Assembly: GCA_963808625.1 (NCBI GenBank)
Contig: CAWEHK010000050.1
Span: forward strand, 96,001-160,000
Direction: 5' to 3'
DNA length: 64,000 bases
DNA from: an uncultured delta proteobacterium
GTDB taxonomy: Bacteria; Desulfobacterota; Syntrophobacteria; Syntrophobacterales; Syntrophobacteraceae
Part shown: in pieces, positions 19,929-30,387 of the stretch
How positions within the stretch are numbered: position 1 is the first letter of the stretch
How the letters are laid out: each line of letters starts with the position of its first letter
The notes under the pieces: generated by a model
The model's database searches: none
Seen by the model: only the letters and a program-made list of their open reading frames with translations
Told to the model about the DNA's origin: nothing
Made by a program: the position numbers and the translations under genes

Positions 19929-21486
19929 TCATCGGTTAGGACGTTCCAAAACAACAAAACGACCGATCCTCTTAACCTGTTGATAGCCCATCCTCTTAGC
20001 AAACGTTTTGAATGCTATCGTTTCAGGAGCTTGTTTTTTATTTGCACCAAATCTAGATAGGTATATCATATAGTCCGGATCGAATTGATCCAGTTTATTA
20101 AGGTCATCTTTCCACCAGTGAAAAATGATGAACCCTTTGTCAGGTGACATAACCACAGACTGGCTAATGGCTACCTTTGACCCATTAGAAATCATTTTAC
20201 TAATGTATTCATACATCATATACGTATCACTATTTTTATAATCCAACCTTTTCAAGCTAGCCTTCACATCTGCCCATCCATACACTATGAATGTATAGCT
20301 AAAAGCTATTGCACAAATTACTGTTGTTGCTGTTTTGATATGCAACTTCTTATCACGAAGCTCAATTATTGAAGATATTGCGCTGATAATATAATAAGGA
20401 TAAATTGGCATAAGATAATGCCATGCACCAGCAAATAAACGAGACCCAGAAAATACAATCATGGTAAGCAATATGGAAGAAATCGAGCTAACAATATATA
20501 TGTGCTCTTTTCTTTTGCTTGTTATGTTTAATAGTATATTAGTAAAACTCAGGAAAATCATTAACATCAAAAATACATTTTGAGATAACGACTTTAACCA
20601 AGCGCTCCAAGCAGCACCCAAACCGAGAGCCATATTGCCGGTTCCATGATCTCTAAGTATGCTCATTTGTGCCGTGACGGTTGTCTCATAATCAAAAAAA
20701 GCAAAGGGATGCATAATAAAGAGAGTCGATGCACCTAAGAAGATAACCGACAACAGCGTGCCAACAAAGCGCATAGAAAAGAAATAGCGAATCCAACTCT
20801 TCTTCTGAACTCTGGCCATTTCCAAATTAAGCAGTGTGAATGAAGGAAGCGCGGTAAAGAAAAAAATCTGCTTTGATAAAGCGGAAAAAATAATGCACAT
20901 AATACCAAGGTAGAAATATTTCCATGCAGTTTCTTCTTCATCGAGTTCTTCCATGCGTGTATAAATCAACAAAGATAAAATCAAAAAAAGAATTCCAGTT
21001 GTTTCAGGATGAACAGTCAAAAACATATCTCTCCAAAACATCGGAACACAATAAAACAGACTACCCATGAAAAGAATAAAGCTTGTTCTTAAAAATTCTG
21101 TCAAGCAATATATACAAAATAAAAACGGATGTTAATCCTACTAAAAATATAAATAATCGAACCGACATGAAAAGCCATACAGGATTACCAGCCGTACTAA
21201 AACCCCCAAACAATATTAGTGGCTTTAATATAAGGTATATCATAAAATGATAAGTCCATCCATATATTTTTGTCCCATAATAATTGTTCATGTTATATGT
21301 ATTCAATATATTAATTACAGACTCCATAGCAGTTCCGGAATCCACTTCATAAGCAGCAATAAGGCTTATGTTATCATTTAAGATAAAAACATGAGGTAAC
21401 CACAGTACACAAAAAATAACCAGAAGAATCCAAAATGGATAATAAGATAACGCCTTTCTCCTAATACCATCAGGCTTTATTATCAT
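19929..21486 (-). CDS. Multi-pass membrane protein, probable GT-C fold (ArnT/PMT-like) glycosyltransferase, frameshift near 21068
   Basis: ORFs 21061-21507 and 19929-21104 join; N-terminal TM followed by an acidic loop (YEVDS), HPE, LSK, many TMs and a soluble C-terminal tail; visibly AT-rich. Confidence 0.6.
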
Positions 21487-21815
21487 TTGTCTCATCCTAA
21501 TACTCAAAATCGAAATAATTCTAAATGATGCTCTCTAAGATTCGCTGCCAGACACATTTTGACCTCCACTCGCCGGCTATGCAGAAGAGACAGTGAAGAT
21601 CATCGCTACGGACAGTTCCTCGTTGAGTAAATGATCGAGAAGAGGCATTTGAGTTTCTTGATATCATTTCGAAGGGAGGGGCGGCGCAATTCAATGCGCT
21701 GAACCTGCCCCGATCAGATTTTAAAACGACATTTCAGAAAATTCATTAACGGGATCCAGGAATCCGGAATGAGTTGATCTGCCTCCCCTGATTGCTAAAT
21801 GTGAACTTACACTGC

Positions 21816-23213
21816 TCAGGTCCCACCGAAGGAAACGACCTTCCACACCGTGCGAAAGAGGATCTTGAGGTCCAGCAGCGGTGAACGATTCCTGATGTAG
21901 TAGAGATCATACTGCAATTTCACCAGGGCATCCTCGACACTGCTTCCGTAGCGGTACTTGATCTGGGCCCAGCCCGTGAGCCCGGGTTTGACCGCCAGCC
22001 TCACGCGGTAAAAGGGAATTTCCCGCTCCAGCTCGGCAATGAATTCAGGCCGTTCCGGGCGCGGTCCAATGAGATGAAGGTCCCCGCGCAGGACATTCAG
22101 CAACTGGGGCAGCTCATCCAGGCGGACCCGCCGGAGGAACTTGCCCACCCTGGTGATGCGCGGGTCGTCATCGGTTGCCCATTGTGCCCCGCTCCGCTTT
22201 TCCGCATCCGCCACCATGGACCTGAATTTGATCACCTTGAACGGTTTCCCTCCCTGCCCCAAACGGGTCTGCCGGTAGAAAACAGGGCCCTGGGAGTCGA
22301 GTTTGATCGCAACGGCGAGAAACGGACCAATGATAAGGAAAAGGACGCCGCCCAGGAGGCAAGACAAGTGATCGATCATCCACACGAAGATGCGATAGGA
22401 AAGGGAAATCTGGCCCCCGGCAAGGTCTGCCGGCAGCAGCCAGTCCTTGGCCACGTGCTGCACGGGCACGCGTTCCGTCAGGGCCTCATACAGGGTCGGC
22501 ATGCGGATGATGGGGATGTTGGCGGCCTGGCAATCCAGGAGGACCTTGAAAATTTCTGCACGAAGCTGGTGGGTGATTGAATAGACGACGGTGTTCACGC
22601 GATACTGTTTCGTCAGCGCCAGCGTATCCCGGATCGAGCCAAGCACGGGCACACCCTCTACGTCAGTATTCCGTCTCGTGAGATCGTCGTCGACAAAGCC
22701 GACCACCTCGAAGCTGCTCACTTCCTGCTCACGGATAGCCTGGGCCAGGGTTCGTCCAGCCCACCCCGCACCGATAATCAGGAGCCTCTGTTGCAGGGCG
22801 CTGCTGGCCAGGGATGCCGCATAATTGAGGCGCCAGATGATGCCGGCAATTGAGGCGAGGGCGACAAAATAGAGCACGGGCAAACGCGGCAGGATATTTC
22901 TCGGGGCAATGAAGAACAGTGAGAGATAGACCAGGAGACTGACCGCACCGGCACCAAGGGTCCGCTGTACGATTTCGGACCCTTTGGCAGTCACGACCAG
23001 GTTGTACAAATCAAAAGCCCACAGGAGGAAAAGCCAGAGGACGGACGCAACCGGGATCCAGCGCCCGAAGGTTTTGAAATCGAAGAGCAGCGGTTCAATC
23101 CTCGTGAGGCTCCAAAGCCACAGGGCAGCACCTCCGGCGAGGAGGGCAAACAGGAAGTCCCCAACGCCGAGAATGACTTTGTGCTCGGTCAGTGATAGAT
23201 TGAGATTCCGCAC
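21816..23213 (-). CDS. Polyprenyl-phosphate hexose-1-phosphate transferase (WcaJ/WbaP family)
   Basis: N-terminal TMs, IIGAGWAG, KFRSM, DDPRITRVGKFLR..RLDELPQ, GPRPE, KPGLTGWAQ; GTG start overlaps the upstream TAG. Confidence 0.9.
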   Translation of the reverse strand: MRNLNLSLTEHKVILGVGDFLFALLAGGAALWLWSLTRIEPLLFDFKTFGRWIPVASVLWLFLLWAFDLYNLVVTAKGSEIVQRTLGAGAVSLLVYLSLFFIAPRNILPRLPVLYFVALASIAGIIWRLNYAASLASSALQQRLLIIGAGWAGRTLAQAIREQEVSSFEVVGFVDDDLTRRNTDVEGVPVLGSIRDTLALTKQYRVNTVVYSITHQLRAEIFKVLLDCQAANIPIIRMPTLYEALTERVPVQHVAKDWLLPADLAGGQISLSYRIFVWMIDHLSCLLGGVLFLIIGPFLAVAIKLDSQGPVFYRQTRLGQGGKPFKVIKFRSMVADAEKRSGAQWATDDDPRITRVGKFLRRVRLDELPQLLNVLRGDLHLIGPRPERPEFIAELEREIPFYRVRLAVKPGLTGWAQIKYRYGSSVEDALVKLQYDLYYIRNRSPLLDLKILFRTVWKVVSFGGT

Positions 23214-24910
23214 TACGGTTTTCGCTTTACTTCGTCCTTGATGCGCTTGACATGCCCCCGCCCAAGGCCTTTCACTTCGCATCCGAGCTCAAAATAGCGG
23301 CGGATGGCCTCGTCGTCCAGCATGCCGAAGCAGTCGACGACGGCCAGTGGCTTGCCGGCCATGGCCACCAGGTCATCAGGAGCCAGCGAACGGTAGGCCT
23401 GGTGGCGAACCGCCAGGACGACGGCATCCGCGCCTTGAAGGACCTCGCCCAAATCCTGCGCAACGCGCAACTCTGTGAGCCGCTCCTGGTTGCGAAAAAA
23501 TCCGGCCCGCGAATGTCCCGTTGCGGGGTAGCTGTCCTGTTTTTCGAGCTCCCACCAATGAGTGACGTACGGATCATGCACCACGACGTCACTGCCCATT
23601 TCCGCCAGCTTCCGCACGATCAATTCCGATCCGCTGTAGCGCGTATCTCCAACATCTTCGCGATAGGATACGCCCAGCAGGGCGATTTTTGACGCCGCCA
23701 CAATTCTTCCCATATTGCGCAGGGCGTCGCGAACCAACCGCGCAGCGTGGAGCGCGCGGGTGTCGTTGATATCGATGGCCAACGGCGTGAGGCGAAAGAT
23801 GTCGTCTTCAAAACCCATCAGCGTCTTGTAGGCCCAAATCCCCAGCCCTCCGTCCTTGGGAAGACAATAGCCGCCGATGCCGGGCCCGGGAAAGATGATG
23901 TTGGAGTGGGTCGGTCTGACCTTGATGGCCTCAATCACTTTGATGAGATCAACCCCATTGCGTTCTGAAAACACGCTCCACTCATGCAGAAAAGCCAGAA
24001 TGGTCGCTCTGTAGGAATTCTCCACGATCTTGCAGGTTTCGCTCTCAATGGGCCGATCCAGCACGGTAAGAGGGTACCGCTCGGTATTCAACACCTCGGA
24101 GAGAAAGCGCACCACCCGCTCCCTGGCCGCCGCGTTGATCCCGCTGCACACCCGCCAGAAATCCCGGACCGAAGCCACATAATCCCGCCCCGGCATGACC
24201 CGCTCGAAGGAATGGGCCAGCAACGGCTCGGCGTCGCCATAACCCCGCCGGGCAAAGGCCTTCTTGATGATTGGATAAGCTACGTACTCGGTGGTTCCAG
24301 GAGGGACCGTGGTTTCGATGAGCACCAGGCACTCCGGTTGGATTCTTTCTCCCAGGACCCTGAGACTTTCCTCCAGGGCAGCAATATCGGCACGCCCTTG
24401 TGCCACGTCACCCAGCGTGTCCTTGTGATAGTCGCACTGGACATCGACCACCACGACATCGGCCAGTGATAAAACGTCATAGGTATAGGTCGCGATGAGC
24501 GTCTGCTTGTCACGGACACACCTGCCGAGGAGCAGGCCGACCTCGGGGTCTTCAGCCTCCACCGGGGAAATCCCCCGATTAACATAGGGAATCTTCCAGT
24601 ATGACCGGGTTGAAGGGCGCTGCATGCCAATGACGAACTTTGCCGGATTGCCCGTTTCCTTGCTGCTGGTATCAGCCACCACCGCAGCCATGACCAGCCC
24701 AACAAACCCGAGCCCCATGACCACAACGATTTCTCGTCCCATCAGGCGCTGGTCGGCGACGATTTTCTGGAGCTTCTTGAATTCCTTTGCATAATCGTCT
24801 TCAGTCGGGAGGGGAAACACCTCTCCCGCGGGGCAAACCGAGACCAGGGGTTCAGAAAGAGCCTTGGCAGGAGGTGTCAACGGCTGATATTCTTCACTTG
24901 AGAGGGGCAT
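23213..24910 (-). CDS. Nucleotide-sugar 6-dehydrogenase (UDP-Glc/GDP-Man/UDP-HexNAc dehydrogenase family), long form
   Basis: GLGFVG, ETTVPPGTT, ERVMPG, K.VENSYR, GPGIGGYCLPKD, GVSYRE..GDTRYS; AAGGA before ATG 24910. Confidence 0.88.
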   Translation of the reverse strand: MPLSSEEYQPLTPPAKALSEPLVSVCPAGEVFPLPTEDDYAKEFKKLQKIVADQRLMGREIVVVMGLGFVGLVMAAVVADTSSKETGNPAKFVIGMQRPSTRSYWKIPYVNRGISPVEAEDPEVGLLLGRCVRDKQTLIATYTYDVLSLADVVVVDVQCDYHKDTLGDVAQGRADIAALEESLRVLGERIQPECLVLIETTVPPGTTEYVAYPIIKKAFARRGYGDAEPLLAHSFERVMPGRDYVASVRDFWRVCSGINAAARERVVRFLSEVLNTERYPLTVLDRPIESETCKIVENSYRATILAFLHEWSVFSERNGVDLIKVIEAIKVRPTHSNIIFPGPGIGGYCLPKDGGLGIWAYKTLMGFEDDIFRLTPLAIDINDTRALHAARLVRDALRNMGRIVAASKIALLGVSYREDVGDTRYSGSELIVRKLAEMGSDVVVHDPYVTHWWELEKQDSYPATGHSRAGFFRNQERLTELRVAQDLGEVLQGADAVVLAVRHQAYRSLAPDDLVAMAGKPLAVVDCFGMLDDEAIRRYFELGCEVKGLGRGHVKRIKDEVKRKP

Positions 24911-24930
24911 CGAATAATCCTTAATAGAGT

Positions 24931-26089
24931 TCAATGATTTAGGTGTTGTTTGATAGACTGCACGAATTCGTGGGCAATTGCCTGCCAGTTGTAGCGATGC
25001 TTGACCAGCTCGAGACCTTGCTGGATTTTAGATTTCGCCGAATCCGGGATTATTTATCAAGCATGAAATTACCGTCTTTCATCTCCTCCTGGTCTCGAGC
25101 AAAGAAAGCAAACTCACCGGCGATCCTCTGCACTTCACGCAAGGGGGTGGACACAATCGGCTTTCTTAGGGCTGCATACTCAAATAGTTTCAGCGGGCAA
25201 GCCGCATGGGAAACCGCATTCAGCCGGAAAGGCAGAAGACAAATGTCTGTTGCCGCCATCATGGCAAGCCCCGTCTTATGGTCCACGGGCCCCGGCAGAT
25301 ATACATTTTTCCTGCTGCTCTCTCTCGACGCGACTCTTTAACCTCGCGAAATCCCTCCCTCCTCCAACCAGCCAGAAAACCACATCCGGCAGGCCGGCAG
25401 CCGCATCCAGGACCATGTCCATATCCACGAAGTACTCAAAAGCTCCCAGGTAGCCGACTACGGCTTTCCTTCGGTCAACCGGGAGTCTCATCAGCTCAAG
25501 GTGCTCGATCTCATCGAGATCGGCTGCGTTGGGGAGCAGCGTCATCGGCTCCGCTATTTGCAGTTGCAGTTCGTGGGAGGCAACGAAATTGAGATCGCTT
25601 CGTCGCAACATATAGTGAAACATCCTCTCGCCCCAGATTCACGAGTCCGAAGGATGATGCTTTGCCGAGCTCATGGGTGAACATCGCCATCAAATCATCA
25701 GCCACATCAAACACGCTGAAGCAGGGGGCGTTGAACAACATCATACATTGGGGGAGATTATAGAGTATCAACACATCGATCTCGTGGGTGTGGATCAATT
25801 CCTTCAAGTAGCGCTGCGCCATCAAGCTGTACGAACCCTTTTTGACCAGCTTCTCCAAAGGGGAGTGAACTTTGCCACAGCCAGTCGGGCACGGGGATCT
25901 CGATCACCCTGATGCCGGTGGGGACCTCGTTGTTCAACCTCAAAGAAATTCGTCTCTGCCGAATCCAGTCTGGGCGGTTGCAGGACGATGGCATTGTGGC
26001 CTGACTTGCCCCAGGCCTTTCAATAGTCCATGATACCGGGTGTAGTTGGCCGTTTGCCATCGTGCCATGTATGGAAACAGGAAGTTCAT
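24931..26089 (-). CDS. GT-B (GT4/TuaH-like) glycosyltransferase, several frameshifts
   Basis: Stitched: MNFLFPYMARWQTANYTRYH ... FDVADDL ... LPNAAD ... GYLGAFE ... PLKLFEYAA..KPIVST ... YNWQAIAHEF. Confidence 0.7.
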
Positions 26090-27289
26090 GCGCTTAGTTC
26101 CTTGGGTCCCTCACGCTGAGCCAGGCACTGTCGCGAAACAAGTGACCAGATCTGGCTCCAAATCCACATGAAGAGATAGGCGGGAGCAAAAAGAAGGGCA
26201 AGTGCATAAACACGACGTTCTTTCACAAAACCCAGGCCGATAAGATAGTAGAGCCCGTCAACAATGATGGCAAGCCACACCATAACCGCCAGAGCAGACC
26301 AAACCAGACCGTAGGACCAGACCGTTATCCCTAAAACAACGGCCGCCAATACCTTGAAGCATGAGCACCAGCGCCCGTGGCCTCAAGACCAGGGATAACG
26401 ATAACGCCATCGCTCCGGGATGACCGCTGAAAAACAATCCCAAGCAAGTCCTTCCAGTAATCTCTCAATATCTGGCGCCGGCCCTGTTCCCATCTTGCCC
26501 GTTGTGCCGCCACGCCATGCATGCCGGCCGGTTTGGGGTCTCCGACCACGGCAGAGAGTAGAAACCGCGGGTGAATTCCGCGGCGCACCAATTGAATGGT
26601 CATTTCGACATCTTCAACCTTCGTATGAAGGTCAGACAAAAGCGCGGGCAACAGCGATGCGTCAAAAACCATCCCCGTTCCCCGCAACGGCACCGGCCAG
26701 CCAAGGCGCTCCCTGGCCATGTCATCGATGCGCTGCGAGAGAATTTCGGAATATGCCGCCAGGCGAGCGATCGATGATCCACTGGCTGACAATAGGCTGC
26801 ACAAAGCCCTGCACCACCGGTGCTTGGTCGTAAGGAGAGCTCGCCAGTTGGTCGGCAAAAATCGGAGGCAACCTGACTGTCGGCATCAAAGATGGCAAAA
26901 CGGGAATAAGGTGCGAGTTCGTCTGCCGCAACCCGAAAAAACCAGCGCAACGCCCCGGCCTTCCCCCCGCCCGCTTCCTCTCGCCGCTCCCAAACTCGGG
27001 CGCCGGCTCGGCGCGCCGCTTCTGCCGTCTTATCCCGGCAATTGTCGGCAATAACATAGGCCGGAACCGCCAATCCGGCAACACTCTTTGGCAATGACTG
27101 ATTCCTCATCGTGAGCAGGGAAAATATAGGCGATGCATTCTTTCTCCTGTCCGGGTACATTCCAGGGCGGATCGTCAACGGTCGCCAGGCAAAACAGAGA
27201 AAAACCGCCCGGAAGAGAGAATCCAACAGGAACATCGCCAAGAAGATTAAAAGAGGGAAAGAAACGATCAGAGCAAAAATAAAATCCAT
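26086..27289 (-). CDS. Membrane-anchored GT2 (CesA/PgaC-like), several frameshifts
   Basis: N-terminal TM, IADNC.D.TA, GKAGAL, IFDADS, GTGM.F, VED, QRARW (QxxRW), C-terminal TMs. Confidence 0.72.
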
Positions 27290-27415
27290 TAAGTATCTAC
27301 CTCTGTCGAGACCCGCGCCCGGTTGTACCCATCTTTCGACAATCTCGGCGATTCTTACCGGACAGCTCACTTTCCCCCTCCTGGCCCTAAACAAGAAAAC
27401 AGAGAACAGCGGTGA

Positions 27416-28643
27416 TCATGTCTTCTCTTTCAAGCTGGCGTCGAGGGCCTGCAAGATGGTTGCAGCACGAGCGTCTCCAGGTATTTTCCCGCGCCACCCG
27501 GTCAATCACGGCCAGGTATCGGGGTCAGCCGCGAGCTCAAGCGCCTCGTCCAATTTGGATGAAAACTCGTCGGCGTCTCTTCGCCACCAGCACCCCTTCA
27601 TAGCGCATGCGTCTCATGCATGGCAGTGGCTACGACCGGCTTGCCCCCGGCCATGTATTCGAAGAGCTTCAGCGGCGAGGTCGGAGTGGGTAATATCGTT
27701 CACCAGGAAGGGAATGGTGGCACACGTCGAAGTATCTCAAGAGGTCGGGCAAATCAGAGTAGGGCTGAACCCCGAGCCAGGTAACGTTTGGCAGTTGAGA
27801 CAGACCGCTCCTCGGGAAAGGAATTGTCATAGTTGGGACCGATCAGCACGAAAGAAAGGTCCTCGACGCTGCGCCGCAACGGCCTTTACCAAATCATAAT
27901 CAAACCAGCGGGCCAAAGCCCCGTAGTAACCAATGATCGGCCTCCCGGCAGCAATCACGGGAAGCAAAGGGGCCGGCGGCGCTTCAGCCTGTCTTTTGCG
28001 GGTTGGGGCAAAATGGTCATAATCAACCCCATTCGGGCAAAAGACGCAGTCAGGACGAACGCTTACCGCATCGCGATAGAGATGATCGGCGGTGGCCATC
28101 GCCAGCGAGGCGCTTGCAAAGGAACTCTTGGTGATTCAGTGCGATTTCCTTTTGATCTCCCTCAAACACCGCCAGCTCATCGACATAATCGTAAATGAGC
28201 TCGCGGTGCATTAAAGCCCTCAGGTATTCTCTATTCCAGCAAAGTATATAGACCAACGGAGCATTCACTCGCGCAAAAGCCTCTGAGGGCACCTCGCACC
28301 GATAGAGGCGATCACCCATGGGGATAATCTTATAATGCCGGGCAGCATTGGGTTCCATGTAGAAGACCAGAACACCCTGGCGCGCCAATGCGATAGCCAG
28401 TTGCTGCGGCCGTTGAAAGAGCTCGAAATCCCATTTCAGGCTCGGAGCAAACACGAGGACGTGGCGGGCGTCACGATGACGATCAAGAACCCTTAATACC
28501 TCCTCCTGGCAGTTGGAGAGGGCTCTGCGATCGACAATCCGACCTAATGTTGCGTCAATCCATCTTCTTGCCTTTCCAGCCGATGGCGGTAAACACTGCC
28601 GGACCAAATTTCGAAGCTGCACTGCCATAAGGTTCTCAGCCAT
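27416..28643 (-). CDS. TuaH-like GT-B glycosyltransferase (paralogue A), several frameshifts
   Basis: FQRPQQLA.ALA, IYDYVDEL, PNGVDYDHF, IGYYGALARWFD, PLKLFEYMA, ENTW. Confidence 0.75.
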
Positions 28644-28878
28644 TACGTGGTCAAGCCTCTGATAGCATGCATGGGCAACCAAGCAAAACACCCTAAAGTT
28701 CCCAACCCGTCATCACTTCCATAATCTCTTTGGCAGATGGGCCAACTGGGGTTCGATAGACAGTCAACGCCAGCAAAATCACCCCTCCAGGCAGTACCAA
28801 ATTTGGTTCCTTGAAGCTATACTTGTAGCATAAGATCAAAGCCGAGAAGCCAGAACTACTTCAACTCCTGACATATTC

Positions 28879-28907
28879 TTGACAGCCCCCGGAGGATTTG
28901 CTATTGG
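28879..28907 (+). promoter_or_regulatory. Possible sigma-70 promoter of the rightward GT block
   Basis: TTGACA (28879-28884), 17 nt, then TATTGG preceded by TGC; -10 box weak. Confidence 0.35.
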
Positions 28908-29140
28908 AAAGCTTCAAAAAAGCAATTTCTTATCATCTATCACCCATATCACCTAGCTGGCGATGGCTATGCCAGCCGCCTGGCAATATGGTATGAAAGA
29001 AAACGAGGGAGGATCCCACGATGAAGCCTGCCTGGCCAAAATCAAATCCAGCCGGGCTTGCCAAGCTGTCCAATTTGTCTGGAAAATTACCGCCCGTCTG
29101 CGTTCTCTGCTCCCAGGTCGCCCGCGCCGTGCAACAACCC

Positions 29141-30387
29141 ATGTCTTCTGTTGGGACGGACCAGCCCATGGCTGAAGCGCAGCTGCCTGTGGCGGATGCT
29201 CCCTCGAATCCATCCTCTTTGATTCCTCCCCCACTGCCCGGCAGGATCGACGTGCTGCTGTGGCCGGTGATGGATTGGGATACGCGTACCCAGCGTCCCC
29301 AGCACCTTGCCCGCCACTTTGCCCGCAACGGACAGCGGGTCTTTTATTTCCGCACTTCTTTCGCTTCATCTGAAACGCCTCAATTGATCCACTTTAAACT
29401 GGTCGCCGAGCGCATCATTGAAGTTGAATTGACTGCTCCACACCCCATCAATGTCTACCAGGATCGCCTGTCGGCAAAGGCCCTGGAACATTTTTGCGCC
29501 GCCTGCCGCTTCTTGCGGGAGAGCGGTCAGATCGAGAGGGCGATTTCACTGGTGGACCTGCCTTTCTGGACCCCGCTGGTTTTCCGTCTGCGGCAGGACT
29601 ATGGCTGGCCGGTGGTATACGATTGCATGGATTATCACGCCGGCTTCAGCAGCAACACGCAAGCCATGATCGACTCAGAAGAGGATTTGTTGCAAAACAG
29701 CGACCGGGTCCTTGTGGCCGGCAATGCTTATTATGGCCGGTTGAAACAGCGCTATGGCCCACAGCGGCTGGCCCTGGTGCCCAATGGAGCCGAATTTGAG
29801 CACTTCAATCGCCACCCGGCTGAATGCCCGGCCGAACTGGCGGGGCTTTCAGGCCCTTTGATCGGCTTTTACGGGGCGTTTGCCGACTGGATCGATACGC
29901 CCTTGCTGGGCTGATGGCCATCGCTCGCCCTGCCTGGCAGTTGATCCTGATTGGCAGCACCCTGTATGCTGACTTGGCGCCGCTGCAAGGTTTGCCAAAT
30001 GTCCATTTGCTGGGCGAAAAGCCCTATGCCGACCTGCCGGCCTACTTGCACCGATTTGATGTTGCCATTATCCCTTTCCGCAGGCTGCCCGTTACCCAGG
30101 CGATGAACCCTGTGAAACTTTTTGAATATCTCAGCGCCGGGAAACCCGTTGTAGCCACCGACCTTGATGAAATGCGCTTCTACGCCGACTATGCCACGCT
30201 GGCCTCCGGTCTGCCAGCTTGGCTCGAAGCCATTGAACAGTCATTAACCGACCATTCCCCCCAGGCACAGGCTCGGCGAACTGCCTATGCTCGCCAGAAT
30301 ACTTGGGAAGCACGTTTTGCCGCCCTGCAAGCTGCTTTATGCTCAATCGGCACACAAACGCTTATCCAGAAAGACGCCCATGGTTGA
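29141..30387 (+). CDS. TuaH-like GT-B glycosyltransferase, frameshift near 29910; start uncertain
   Basis: QRPQHLA, VVYDCMDYH, VPNG, GFYGAFADWID, then LGEKPY.DLP, PVKLFEYLSAGKPVV, NTWEAR. Confidence 0.8.
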
